Origin: an uncultured virus (IMG/VR IMGVR_UViG_3300032309_003726)
Taxonomy: Duplodnaviria; Heunggongvirae; Uroviricota; Caudoviricetes
IMG/VR virus record: IMGVR_UViG_3300032309_003726
Length of the DNA stretch: 64,000 nt
Reading direction: 5' to 3' (one strand)
The translations under genes were made by a program, and so were the position numbers. The notes beneath the pieces were generated by a model that saw only the letters and a program-made list of their open reading frames with translations, had not been told where the DNA came from and made no database searches. Positions 36,529 to 45,883 of the stretch are shown in pieces. The number at the start of each line of letters is the position of its first letter. Positions within the stretch are counted from its first letter, which is position 1.

Positions 36529-37589
36529 GTGCGAAGAAGTTCGCTTATGGAGCCGGTGCCGTTATGAATTCTTTTGACGGCATCGGCTACCATTTTTGAA
36601 GTATCTACAATATACAATTTGTTTTTGTTCTCATCTGTTAGCCTAAAAGGCTCTACAGTATCGGTAATAACTACTTTTGCATCTATTTCTCTCAATACAT
36701 CATTAGCTTTGCCGCAAAATAATCCGTGGGTGGCACAGATTGACCAAATTTTGCCACCATTCTCCTGAACTGCTTTTGATGCTTTGCCCATAGTTGAACC
36801 TGTAGATATCATGTCATCGAAAGCTATGACATCTGCTCCCTTGACATCTCCAACTATTCTTCCACCTTTTACTTGTCCTTTTATTCTCAATTTATCAAAA
36901 ATAACAATCTCAATATCATCTAACATAACATTTCTATCACGTAATTTTTTAAGAAGTGAATTTCTAAATCTTTCGCACCTGCCCAAAGCACCGCTGTCGG
37001 GACTAAGAACTTTGATATTTTTTGTTTTATTTTCTTTTATTAGTTCAGAGGCACACCAGTCAGCAATTAAATTTTTTGCTTCTAAATTATCTATTGGAAC
37101 ATTAAAAGCATTTTGTTCGGCCGCTATATTGTGACACTCAAAGAGTAGAACTCGACTTATGCCAACTGATTCCAAAATTCTAGCGATGTATTTTGTTGCA
37201 ATTGGCGCTCTACTCTCTGTTTTTCTATCTTGTCTTGCCCAGCCTAAATGCGGAATTATTGGAATAACTTCATGAGAAGACGCATCTTTTAAACTACCAC
37301 AAAATATACACAACTTCATCATTTTGTCACTAATCGACTCAGAGTCATCGCTATAAAGAGATTGAATGACAAAAACATCGTGTCCACGAACATTCCCTAC
37401 AGGGCTGTCGCTGTACTCTATTCCACTTTTTACATAAGGCTCACCATCGTCATAATATTTTTCTGTGATGGGGGTGAGATCTAAACCCAAATTGCTTGCA
37501 ACTTTTTTTGCGTAATTCCTTGTTGCATTTAAACCAAATATTTTTATTGGTCGGACATATCTTGGGGAATTTTCTTGTTGTTCGGTCAT
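36525..37589 (-). CDS. prs: Ribose-phosphate pyrophosphokinase
   Basis: DGE, VRGHDVFVIQS, WARQDRK, LSPDSG, GDVKG, DDMISTGST, ATHGLF, TDTV; ORF track start 37628, ATG 37589 preferred. Confidence 0.95.
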   Translation of the reverse strand: MTEQQENSPRYVRPIKIFGLNATRNYAKKVASNLGLDLTPITEKYYDDGEPYVKSGIEYSDSPVGNVRGHDVFVIQSLYSDDSESISDKMMKLCIFCGSLKDASSHEVIPIIPHLGWARQDRKTESRAPIATKYIARILESVGISRVLLFECHNIAAEQNAFNVPIDNLEAKNLIADWCASELIKENKTKNIKVLSPDSGALGRCERFRNSLLKKLRDRNVMLDDIEIVIFDKLRIKGQVKGGRIVGDVKGADVIAFDDMISTGSTMGKASKAVQENGGKIWSICATHGLFCGKANDVLREIDAKVVITDTVEPFRLTDENKNKLYIVDTSKMVADAVKRIHNGTGSISELLRT

Positions 37590-37634
37590 TTTGTCTAACG
37601 AGAGTTGAGAGACAAAATCATAACACAAAAAAAA

Positions 37635-37922
37635 TTATTGCTCAACCATGCTTTCGAGAATTTTTAAAAATTCTTGAAAGTCATAACATTGATCATTTAC
37701 TAAATTGATCACAAGATTGGCATCATCCTCTGAAATTTTGCATCGATTTGCAAGATCTATTGGATTGGTGATATTTTTTCTCTTCACAACCCAACTAGCA
37801 GAGAGAAGGGAGTTAAATCTGGAACTATCAAACACTCTTTTGCAATTGACGCAAGAACATATTCCATTTGTTAATGGCTTAGATAAGTGATAGCCGCAAT
37901 AAGGACACATAATTAGCATCAT
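37635..37922 (-). CDS. Small Zn-ribbon protein
   Basis: CPYCG...CVNC; ATG 37922 lies downstream of the terminator. Confidence 0.6.
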   Translation of the reverse strand: MMLIMCPYCGYHLSKPLTNGICSCVNCKRVFDSSRFNSLLSASWVVKRKNITNPIDLANRCKISEDDANLVINLVNDQCYDFQEFLKILESMVEQ

Positions 37923-37938
37923 AATATATATTAAAATT

Positions 37939-37976
37939 AAAAAAAAAACGGCTCCGATGTTTTCATCGGAGCCGTT
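37939..37976 (-). terminator. Intrinsic terminator after ParB-like gene
   Basis: AACGGCTCCGATG-AAAA-CATCGGAGCCGTT + T-run. Confidence 0.85.
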
Positions 37977-37999
37977 CGTGTTATTAATTTGAGAGATGA

Positions 38000-39469
38000 T
38001 CACTCATCATCAATTTGCTCATCTTCATCATCATCGTAACTCTTCAAGTGATTTTCAAAATCATCATCTTCGCTAATGGTTTCATCTTCTTCAATGGCGT
38101 CTTCATCAAAAGATACTTCTTCCTTGTTTTTCTTTTTACGCTTAGGCAATTCCCAAACACCAATCTCGCACATGTATTCACGAATTGGGTGAACAGGATC
38201 AGAGATACCAGCAATAATTGCCTTTGCTGTTGACAAAACAATAGCGGCATACTCTGCTGGGACCGCTTCTCCAGTTATCTCACAAACGCCTTCGCCCTCA
38301 AGAAATTCTTGAATCCCATCAACAAAGATGGTCTCAATATCATTTTTATCTAACGATTTGATCTTCTTGGGCTGCAAACCTTTCGCTTTGGCACCAGACT
38401 TAACGTGACCTTGCTTGATATTGCCCTTATCACGCTTCACACGCTCAAGACGACCAGCGGCCTTTGTTGCCTTCGAAGCAAAACCAGCGGCCTTCTTGCG
38501 AAGTTTTCGGGCAGTCTTTTCGTCACCATCATCATCGGCCTTGATCGCATCCGATATCGCTATCTCCTCTTCATCCTCAAAACGTTCCTTCTCTTCTGTG
38601 AGTTCAGAAATTTTTTCTTGAGTCTCTTGGGTTTCTGCCTCAAGTGTTGCTTCAAATAATTCTTCCCTATCATCGGGAGAATAACTCAAGAAATTTACAG
38701 CAACGTGGCGAGTCATTTCGCCTTTGATAAGTTTTTCAAATGCCTTATTTGGCAATTGAGATCTAAAATTGCCTGTTTGGCAAACCCAAGTTATGTTTGA
38801 GCCAAGCAATTCAGCGATTTCTTCTTGCTTCAAACCGGATCTTGAAAGCCGCTCAACTAAAGCAACCTCTTCGGCAATGGTCAAAGGCTCTGATTGGTCA
38901 TTCTCCGTAAAAGCGAGTCTTAAAGCTCTTTGATCAGAGCAGTCAGTTACAATTTTACAGGGAACATTCTCGTACAGTTCACTGCCAGATACTGTGGCGA
39001 AAACATCTTCGATAGGACAATTTTTTCTTTCCTGGGAACCAACGCAATCATCATTAAAATCGACGATGATTTCGTCACTCAATTCCTTAATAACAGTCCC
39101 AAAGCGACCTTTGTAGAGAACAACGTCTCCTTTATCGTAAGAATCACGACGAGGATTATCTTCATCAAAGCACGGCAAATCATTTTCTACGATACTTTGG
39201 CAAGAACGAATCCTTCGTTCGCCAGCAATCAATTGGTAAGAATCTTCATTTAATCTTACAATTGGAGGTTGTTGAATACCGTCTGTGCGGATCGAATATT
39301 GAAGTTGCATCATTCGATCCGGAGTAAAAGAACTCGGACCACGTGGATTGAAAAACAATTTTTCATTTTCCTCGCCTTCCGCTGGTCTTTCCACAATATC
39401 TATTTCCGATAGCGGAATAAGGCTGAACTTGTTTGAGGCTGAGTCGTTACGATTAATTTTCGATTGCAT
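38000..39469 (-). CDS. ParB/Spo0J-family CTPase-HTH protein with internal insertion and acidic tail
   Basis: NPR, SIRTDGIQQPPIVR, YQLIAGERRIRS, AFTEN, GLKQEEIAELLG HTH, D/E-rich C-terminus. Confidence 0.85.
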   Translation of the reverse strand: MQSKINRNDSASNKFSLIPLSEIDIVERPAEGEENEKLFFNPRGPSSFTPDRMMQLQYSIRTDGIQQPPIVRLNEDSYQLIAGERRIRSCQSIVENDLPCFDEDNPRRDSYDKGDVVLYKGRFGTVIKELSDEIIVDFNDDCVGSQERKNCPIEDVFATVSGSELYENVPCKIVTDCSDQRALRLAFTENDQSEPLTIAEEVALVERLSRSGLKQEEIAELLGSNITWVCQTGNFRSQLPNKAFEKLIKGEMTRHVAVNFLSYSPDDREELFEATLEAETQETQEKISELTEEKERFEDEEEIAISDAIKADDDGDEKTARKLRKKAAGFASKATKAAGRLERVKRDKGNIKQGHVKSGAKAKGLQPKKIKSLDKNDIETIFVDGIQEFLEGEGVCEITGEAVPAEYAAIVLSTAKAIIAGISDPVHPIREYMCEIGVWELPKRKKKNKEEVSFDEDAIEEDETISEDDDFENHLKSYDDDEDEQIDDE

Positions 39470-39613
39470 GGCAGCATCCTTTCAAAAAGCCCAGAAACAC
39501 CAACTCCTGTTGGTAAAATTTCTTGGGATCCAAGTCGAAAAACCAGCGTATGGCTGAGGATATTCAAGCCATCCAGTTGGCTTTTTCGGACCAAAAAATC
39601 CGAACTGGCGAAC

Positions 39614-39641
39614 ATTCTACGTATAAGATGCAAGTTGTCAA
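39614..39641 (-). promoter_or_regulatory. Sigma70-like promoter with ~140-nt structured leader
   Basis: TTGACA-N16-TAGAAT. Confidence 0.6.
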
Positions 39642-39644
39642 CCT

Positions 39645-39678
39645 AAAAAAAAAGAGACGCACAAAAAGTGCGTCTCTT
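39645..39678 (-). terminator. Intrinsic terminator
   Basis: AAGAGACGCAC-TTTTT-GTGCGTCTCTT + T-run. Confidence 0.85.
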
Positions 39679-39704
39679 AACCATCTTAACAAAATTTTGA
39701 TGAT

Positions 39705-39944
39705 TTAGAAGAGTCTTTGGCGACAAACTACAGCAGCAGCCACCCAAGCTTCTGACAAAGAACTGCATTGAAAATTAATTTTTGGGCAGTTTACTCTAAA
39801 TCTGCGCCATGTGGCACAGGTGTAGATTTCATCACCATTAGCATCGGTGCCTTTTTTGCAAAAGTGTTTGCGAAGAACACTGCCATCGGTGTAAGATCCA
39901 ACACATTTATTTCCAGTAATAGCTGGAACTAAAATAGCAGCCAT
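39705..39944 (-). CDS. Small Cys-rich protein
   Basis: 79 aa, six Cys, SD AGGAGG, own terminator. Confidence 0.7.
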   Translation of the reverse strand: MAAILVPAITGNKCVGSYTDGSVLRKHFCKKGTDANGDEIYTCATWRRFRVNCPKINFQCSSLSEAWVAAAVVCRQRLF

Positions 39945-40020
39945 TTTATACCTCCTGTTTAGAATACCGGTTTCGCAAATATCTATGATTAATTATTTGC
40001 ATTTCAAAATCAAAACAAAT

Positions 40021-40830
40021 CTAAGATTTGAGTAATTTCATGTCTTCTATGCACCGTTTTCTATTCTCTTCTTCCATAATTTTTCTTGCTGTTGGGTGCG
40101 ACTTCCAAATATGATGAACTGTCGCTTGTCCTTCGTGGTAAACATAAGCACTTTTACAGACTGCTTGTTTGAAACTATATTTTTTTAATCTTGCTGCAAA
40201 CTCTTCATCTTCATAATAACCAAAAGGATATTCCTTAATAAAACCATCAATTCTAGAAAACAACTCTCTGTGACACATAAAGCAAAACAAACTTAAAAAA
40301 CTATCGTCTTTAAGAATCACATCGTTTTCCTCTCGAACGAATCTTTCACCTTTTTGAGATGAATCACCGCCAACGGGGTTATTGGTCACAGCCGAAACGA
40401 CACGAACTCCTTCCGACTTTAATTTTAGCAAACTTTCACCCATGTTTTTTAACCAACCAGCGTCTTCTATAACGCAGTCAGAATTTAAAAAACAAACATA
40501 TGGACTTTCGCCAGATTCAAAACCGACCTTACAAGCACCAGCAAAACCTTTTTGCTCTTCAGTTCTTATTGCCTTTACAACATTTCTTTGTCGCAACCTT
40601 TGTGAATTTTTTTGAGAATTTAAATCTATGTTTCTTATAAATTCTGGGTTAGGAGAACAGTCGTCTACTAGAATAAGTTGATAATAATTACTTCTAGTTA
40701 ACCTAAAAAGGCTGTCAATCAGTTTCATTACTTTGTCATATTGGCCGTAAAATGGCACTATGATATCAACTTGAGAGTTGAATAAGCTCACATCGTTCAT
40801 CGGTCGTGCAACATGATTGGATTTTGCCAT
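40021..40830 (-). CDS. GT2 glycosyltransferase
   Basis: VDIIVP, LVDDCS, GFAGAC, FLNSD, YYEDEE, VYHEG. Confidence 0.85.
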   Translation of the reverse strand: MAKSNHVARPMNDVSLFNSQVDIIVPFYGQYDKVMKLIDSLFRLTRSNYYQLILVDDCSPNPEFIRNIDLNSQKNSQRLRQRNVVKAIRTEEQKGFAGACKVGFESGESPYVCFLNSDCVIEDAGWLKNMGESLLKLKSEGVRVVSAVTNNPVGGDSSQKGERFVREENDVILKDDSFLSLFCFMCHRELFSRIDGFIKEYPFGYYEDEEFAARLKKYSFKQAVCKSAYVYHEGQATVHHIWKSHPTARKIMEEENRKRCIEDMKLLKS

Positions 40831-41365
40831 CCAAATACTCCTTAATTTGGGGGAATTTTAATTCTGCGGGGTTGTTTAAATGAATATAAAAAGCATTTTC
40901 TTTTTTAGCATAATTTTCTAATATATTTTTATTATAGTAATCGCCTACTCCAACTAATAGAAACTTGCATTCTATTTTTTCTTTTTTATTAATATTAAAA
41001 GCTTTTTCTAGAGGAAATTCATCCGAAAGCCTGTCTGTAATAAATAACAGATACTTTTGAAAATCCTCGTCTTCGGACATTAAAATATATAAAGTTTGCC
41101 TAAAGGCCATCGAAAGATCAAACGAATACCCGTCTGTGTTGTAATTTCCTAAAGCACAAACTTGCTCTCCATGTTTAAAATAAGCATCTATTAAATCAGG
41201 GTTGTAGAGGTACATGCTATCTTCGCCATCAATTAAACATTTCCGAACAATATCAATCATGTTTTTTTTGATGACATCAACAATTCGCCTTCCTTTTTTT
41301 TCAAGCCTTGCCGATAAATCAAAAACAATTCCTAAACTTTTTGCTTCAAATTGAGTTTTTTGCAT
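40766..41365 (-). CDS. Degenerate vWA-like domain protein
   Basis: GIVFDLS, LLFITD, LLVGVG; ATG 41365 after GAGG. Confidence 0.45.
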   Translation of the reverse strand: MQKTQFEAKSLGIVFDLSARLEKKGRRIVDVIKKNMIDIVRKCLIDGEDSMYLYNPDLIDAYFKHGEQVCALGNYNTDGYSFDLSMAFRQTLYILMSEDEDFQKYLLFITDRLSDEFPLEKAFNINKKEKIECKFLLVGVGDYYNKNILENYAKKENAFYIHLNNPAELKFPQIKEYLDGKIQSCCTTDERCELIQLSS

Positions 41366-42164
41366 TTTTCCTCTTTTCACGGTGATGAACACGAATCGGA
41401 TGATCGAAAGATTTTAATGGATGTATTATGCTAGCTTCGGGAAAATTTTCTTTTACGGGGTCGATTTCCGGCATCCAACGAACAGGAAAAAATTTATGAG
41501 AGCCATGCCAGTTGCCTGTTTGTTCGTAGTGTGCAAAAACACCTATGTTGCCTCCGAGGTGTCTGCAAATTGTTGGGTATAAATGTTCACTTAGATCGTA
41601 ACCTCTATAAAAAGGAAAAAATCCTCCGGTAAATCCGTTAGTTAAATTTAAAAAACGATTAAAAAAATCAATTTCTTTTAATTTGTTTATGAAGTTTTTA
41701 TGAAAAAATAAACAGCACCCAAGCAAATAATAAATACTCTTAAAAGGTTTATCAAACATAGCTTGTACCAAAGGCATTTTTTCATAGTCCACACGACCGT
41801 CATTGCCCAGCATCCATACTCCTTTTTCCTCTGCCATTTTTAAATTGTGCTTAAATCTTTCTGAGGCAAAAAGGACATCATACTCTGTGTAGCAATACCA
41901 GTCCGACTCAGGATAGACATCTGAGATTGTTTGCAATGATAATGCAACATTTCTATACGGTGCCTTGTGAGTGTTGTGGTAAAAGCCCTCGACTTTAGCA
42001 GCATCCATTGGCTCTTTTTTCATTTTAGGCCAACAAGCGCCATCGACTAAGACAACTATATTTTTAGTTGCAAAAGTTTGTATAGAGTCTATCGTGTCCC
42101 TTACCACATCTGGTTTATTGTGGGCATTTAAAACAACTGCTAAATTTATCACTAAATAATCCAA
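41346..42164 (-). CDS. GT-A glycosyltransferase-like protein
   Basis: VVLVDG, YTEYDV, IIHPLK; true start may be GTG 42152. Confidence 0.55.
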   Translation of the reverse strand: MDYLVINLAVVLNAHNKPDVVRDTIDSIQTFATKNIVVLVDGACWPKMKKEPMDAAKVEGFYHNTHKAPYRNVALSLQTISDVYPESDWYCYTEYDVLFASERFKHNLKMAEEKGVWMLGNDGRVDYEKMPLVQAMFDKPFKSIYYLLGCCLFFHKNFINKLKEIDFFNRFLNLTNGFTGGFFPFYRGYDLSEHLYPTICRHLGGNIGVFAHYEQTGNWHGSHKFFPVRWMPEIDPVKENFPEASIIHPLKSFDHPIRVHHREKRKNAKNSI

Positions 42165-42219
42165 TTTTTAAAATTAATCACTATAATAATAGAAACAAAT
42201 TAAAAAATTTGAGGTAAAC

Positions 42220-43185
42220 ATGCCAAATATGCAAAAGGTTAATATGACAATAGATCTAATAATGAAAGGATTATTAGATCTAAAACAAGCCATTTTAGAA
42301 GATGGCGACTCTCCAGCCGAAACCACAAATCAATCTTACCAAGCCAAAAATGTTTCATCTCAAAAAAGCCCAGAAGTTCCCTCTGAATATGCTGGCGAAA
42401 ATTTAGAAAGTTTTGAAGCACTTAAAAAAGCACTCGACAGTGAGAAATGGCCTGAAGCTGTGAACCCCAATCTAATTTGTGATCCAGATAATGAGAATGA
42501 TAAGTTAGAGCGTGGTCGTGGAATAGTTGAACTTATGATCGAACCAGACCTGAAGGGTTTAAAAGTTTTAGATTTAGGTTGTGGAGAAGGTCATGTTGCA
42601 CATGTCGCCGCAGAATACGAGCCTCTAATATCAGTTGGCTACGATATTGAGGAGAATAGCAAATGGGAATCCTTAAAAAGAGAAGGCTTGCTTTTTACAA
42701 CCAACTTTAATGAAGTTTTGTCACAAGGACCATTCAATGTGATTGTTATATTTGATGTTTTAGACCATTTAAAAAATGAAAACCCAATAGATTTTTTAAA
42801 GAAAGCAAAAGATGCTTTAGCACCAGACGGACAAATTTATATGAGATGTCATCCCTTCACATCAAAACACGGAACTCACTTATATCATCATTTAAATAAA
42901 TCTTATATTCATCTTGTGTTTACTCCAGATGAACTCAATAAATTAGTTCCAGAAAGAAAATACGAAGAAGAAAGCATAGGGGTAACCACACCTTTAGCAA
43001 CCTATGATAAATTTATTGAAAATGCAGGTTTGACAAAAGTTCACAGGCGAGAAATAACATCAAAAGTTGATCCTTTCTTTAAAATACCAAAAATAGCAGA
43101 AAGAATAATGACAACTGTTAAAACCAAGCAGTTTCCAGAATTTCAACTTGGAATGGATTTTATTGATTATGTTCTAAAAAAGTAA
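42220..43185 (+). CDS. Class I SAM methyltransferase, His-motif family (paralogue 1)
   Basis: WPEAV, VLDLGCGEG, FDVLDH, RCHPFTSKHGTHLY. Confidence 0.85.
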   Translation: MPNMQKVNMTIDLIMKGLLDLKQAILEDGDSPAETTNQSYQAKNVSSQKSPEVPSEYAGENLESFEALKKALDSEKWPEAVNPNLICDPDNENDKLERGRGIVELMIEPDLKGLKVLDLGCGEGHVAHVAAEYEPLISVGYDIEENSKWESLKREGLLFTTNFNEVLSQGPFNVIVIFDVLDHLKNENPIDFLKKAKDALAPDGQIYMRCHPFTSKHGTHLYHHLNKSYIHLVFTPDELNKLVPERKYEEESIGVTTPLATYDKFIENAGLTKVHRREITSKVDPFFKIPKIAERIMTTVKTKQFPEFQLGMDFIDYVLKK

Positions 43186-43630
43186 GATAATCTTTTTTAG
43201 ATATTTCAGAGAAGGTGCCGTTATTTAAAAAGAATTTGACTTTTGGGAAAAAAGAAATATCAATTTCATGATACCATTTTTTATACATGTTTTTGTGTTC
43301 TAATTGATTCAAAACCGGCACTCTGTATTGCGAAATAATTTTTTCATAAGGTGCCCAGAGCAAGTACACAACGCAGTCTTTTGGAAAAAATTCTCCTCTC
43401 TTGTCGGCCAAATTCCAGCCATCTATAACAAACTTATTTGCATCGCAAGTTTTTTGAATATACTTAAAGTTTTCTGTGCTTGACAAGCCAAATGTTTCAA
43501 TTAAATGCCACTGGAACAAGGCGTCAAAACAATAGTAGGTGTGGCTTTTCATTGTGTTGGCAAAAGTAGTTTTGCCAACACAACTCATGCCCCAAATTAC
43601 TATCCGATTATCCGAAGGTTCAAAGTGCAA
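43160..43630 (-). CDS. Small P-loop (NMP-kinase-like) kinase
   Basis: IVIWGMSCVGKTTFA, FVIDG. Confidence 0.65.
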   Translation of the reverse strand: MHFEPSDNRIVIWGMSCVGKTTFANTMKSHTYYCFDALFQWHLIETFGLSSTENFKYIQKTCDANKFVIDGWNLADKRGEFFPKDCVVYLLWAPYEKIISQYRVPVLNQLEHKNMYKKWYHEIDISFFPKVKFFLNNGTFSEISKKDYLTFLEHNQ

Positions 43631-43651
43631 AGTAATTTACTCCTTTAAGGC

Positions 43652-44353
43652 ATGATAGGAATTGTCACAGTTAATTATAATTCTTACGATTTTTTATGGC
43701 TATTGATGGAGTCGCTAGATCGCTACTCTACATTAGAGTACAAATTAATTGTTATAGACAACAGCGATCCTCAAAGTCGTTTAAAATTTGATTATCCAAA
43801 TACTTATCAATTTGTTTTACCGGAAAACGTAGGACACGGTAAGGGGCTTAATCTTGGGGTGGCAAAAGCCGATGAGATTTGCAAAAGGTATCCCTACATG
43901 ATGTTTTTAGATGTAGATTGTCACATCCTAAACTATGGCTGGGAAAAACTCTTTATTGAACAAATGAAAAAGTTTGATCTTTTTGGCGGCAAAGGAGTTC
44001 CGTCAAAGCCAATAAGACCGGCGTGTATGTTTATGAAAAGAGAACTTTCAAAATACGATTGGGAACCATCAGAGGGCTTTAAAGGAAACAGGGTGACTCC
44101 GGGTGGTTATGACGTTGGAATAAAAGCATATTATAAAATAATGGCAGATGGTCTTAATATTGGATTTTTACAATCATCGGAAAATCGATACGGCACATTA
44201 AATGGAGAAGAATGGAATATTGAAGGAACGCCAGTCGTTTATCATCATTGGCACGGTAGTCACTTAGAAGCAAGACAAGAAGATTTTCCTAATGTGAATC
44301 TTTTAGAAGATAAAGCTAAACTTTTTCAAAAGATACCTTGGCGTTTGCCTTAA
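43652..44353 (+). CDS. GT2 glycosyltransferase
   Basis: IVTVNYN, VIDNS, NVGHGKGLN, FLDVD. Confidence 0.8.
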   Translation: MIGIVTVNYNSYDFLWLLMESLDRYSTLEYKLIVIDNSDPQSRLKFDYPNTYQFVLPENVGHGKGLNLGVAKADEICKRYPYMMFLDVDCHILNYGWEKLFIEQMKKFDLFGGKGVPSKPIRPACMFMKRELSKYDWEPSEGFKGNRVTPGGYDVGIKAYYKIMADGLNIGFLQSSENRYGTLNGEEWNIEGTPVVYHHWHGSHLEARQEDFPNVNLLEDKAKLFQKIPWRLP

Positions 44354-45188
44354 TCTCTTTAACTTTCTTATTGACGTAAGAGGATGGCTTTTTAATTTCA
44401 CACCTAACGGCAAAACTCTCAGCCAAGGTTATGGGCAACTTCCATTTAATGCAATAATAAATAAAGTTATCTAAACTCAATTTCCAAATCTGTTTGTCTG
44501 TTAGGCTGGTATTTTGATTATCTAATTTTTCATGAGGAAAATGAAGTTCTGGTGTGCCTAAATCTAAAAAGCTACAACCAAAACAAGCGGCTTGCATATG
44601 GAAGTCACTATCAGCAAATGCACCGTGTCCACAATACCACTGGTCAACACCACCAAGTTTCAAATAAGTATCTCTAGTAAACGCCGTGCTTCCCGACATA
44701 ACGTTTTTTCCAGGACCATGGAAAGGTTGTTCGTGGCGTGTTTCGTATTGTAAAAAAGAAGAAATATCGGGATTTTTTACAAACATTTGTTGTAGATCGT
44801 CTTCTAGAAGAGATTTTTTACATTCCCCCACAGGAATTTTATTTTTCATCATAAAATGTTTAGAGGTAAATGCAAAAACATTATCGACTACATATTCTTC
44901 AATCAATTTCAAAAAAGACTTCGAAAGAAGACGGTCAGAGTCTAGATAGAATATTTTTTCATATTTAGCAGAGTACACACCAGCGTCCCACATTCTACCC
45001 CAACAAAAATCATCATTTATCCTAGGAACCTGTATGCACTCCCAATCATTTGGAATTTGATCAATTTTTCCATCAACAATTAATGTTTTTTGGCACTTTG
45101 AGTATAAAGGCATTTGCTCCAAGCAAGAAATGGTATATTCTAATGCTTGGGATCTGTCGGTGGAATACATTATAAAAATGCTTATCAA
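44316..45188 (-). CDS. GT2/GT7C-like glycosyltransferase
   Basis: YLDSDR, LGGVDQWYCGHG..ADSD, LHFPH. Confidence 0.75.
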   Translation of the reverse strand: MISIFIMYSTDRSQALEYTISCLEQMPLYSKCQKTLIVDGKIDQIPNDWECIQVPRINDDFCWGRMWDAGVYSAKYEKIFYLDSDRLLSKSFLKLIEEYVVDNVFAFTSKHFMMKNKIPVGECKKSLLEDDLQQMFVKNPDISSFLQYETRHEQPFHGPGKNVMSGSTAFTRDTYLKLGGVDQWYCGHGAFADSDFHMQAACFGCSFLDLGTPELHFPHEKLDNQNTSLTDKQIWKLSLDNFIYYCIKWKLPITLAESFAVRCEIKKPSSYVNKKVKEIKANAKVSFEKV

Positions 45189-45226
45189 TTTTGCCCCTAA
45201 TTCGATGAAGTCTGTCTATATATCAT

Positions 45227-45883
45227 ATGAGAAAATTTCGTGAATTTTTTTATTTAAATGAAGTGTACTACAGTGGTCATTTTCAGTTTCCCGACATGGG
45301 TGACAAATATGATCCGACAAAAGCTCCAGTGGGTGGCTTTAAATCGCTAGGTCAATTACAGCAATTTCAAAGAGAAACAAACCCTGAAAAAAAACAACTA
45401 GAGCAAAATAAAGATCTTCTAGATAAATTAGCAGCACTGGCTGAAAATGCTTATGCAACCTGGGAAATAAGAAAAAAAACCAAGAGTGATGGACGAGAAG
45501 AAAATGCAGAAAATTATATGAGAGACATAGACTTCGATCCCGAAACAGGAATTTTGTACCAAATGCCGGAAAAGGATGTGATAGGCAGGTACCCTTCGAT
45601 AAAATCGAATCAACTTGGAATTGCCATTAATATGAATATAATGAAAAGATATCAATCCCCAAATCCAAAAGGAGGGGGGACATTGACTTTCTATAGTTTG
45701 GATACCAAAAAATTAAAACAAATGATGGAAGAAACAAGAAGAAAATCAATAGATTTAGAAAGAAAATTTGAAAAACAAAATCAACTAACTGGCGGTGTAG
45801 AAAACACCGTTAAAAATGTTGTTAACACCGCACTGTCTGGGTCAAATGTGCCCAATTTTGGGTCAATGCCTTATCAATCCTAA
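45227..45883 (+). CDS. Hypothetical protein, possible virion internal head protein
   Basis: N-terminus MRKFREFFYLNE resembles the T4 capsid-targeting sequence. Confidence 0.55.
   Translation: MRKFREFFYLNEVYYSGHFQFPDMGDKYDPTKAPVGGFKSLGQLQQFQRETNPEKKQLEQNKDLLDKLAALAENAYATWEIRKKTKSDGREENAENYMRDIDFDPETGILYQMPEKDVIGRYPSIKSNQLGIAINMNIMKRYQSPNPKGGGTLTFYSLDTKKLKQMMEETRRKSIDLERKFEKQNQLTGGVENTVKNVVNTALSGSNVPNFGSMPYQS

Noticed and set aside
38950..39180. Intein in the ParB-like protein
   Set aside because: No N-terminal C/S plus C-terminal HN-C/S/T splice motifs; insertion too short
40766..40830. ELIQLSS tail of the vWA-like protein as a fourth LxQLTI motif
   Set aside because: It lies in a 65-nt overlap with the next gene and is probably constrained by that frame
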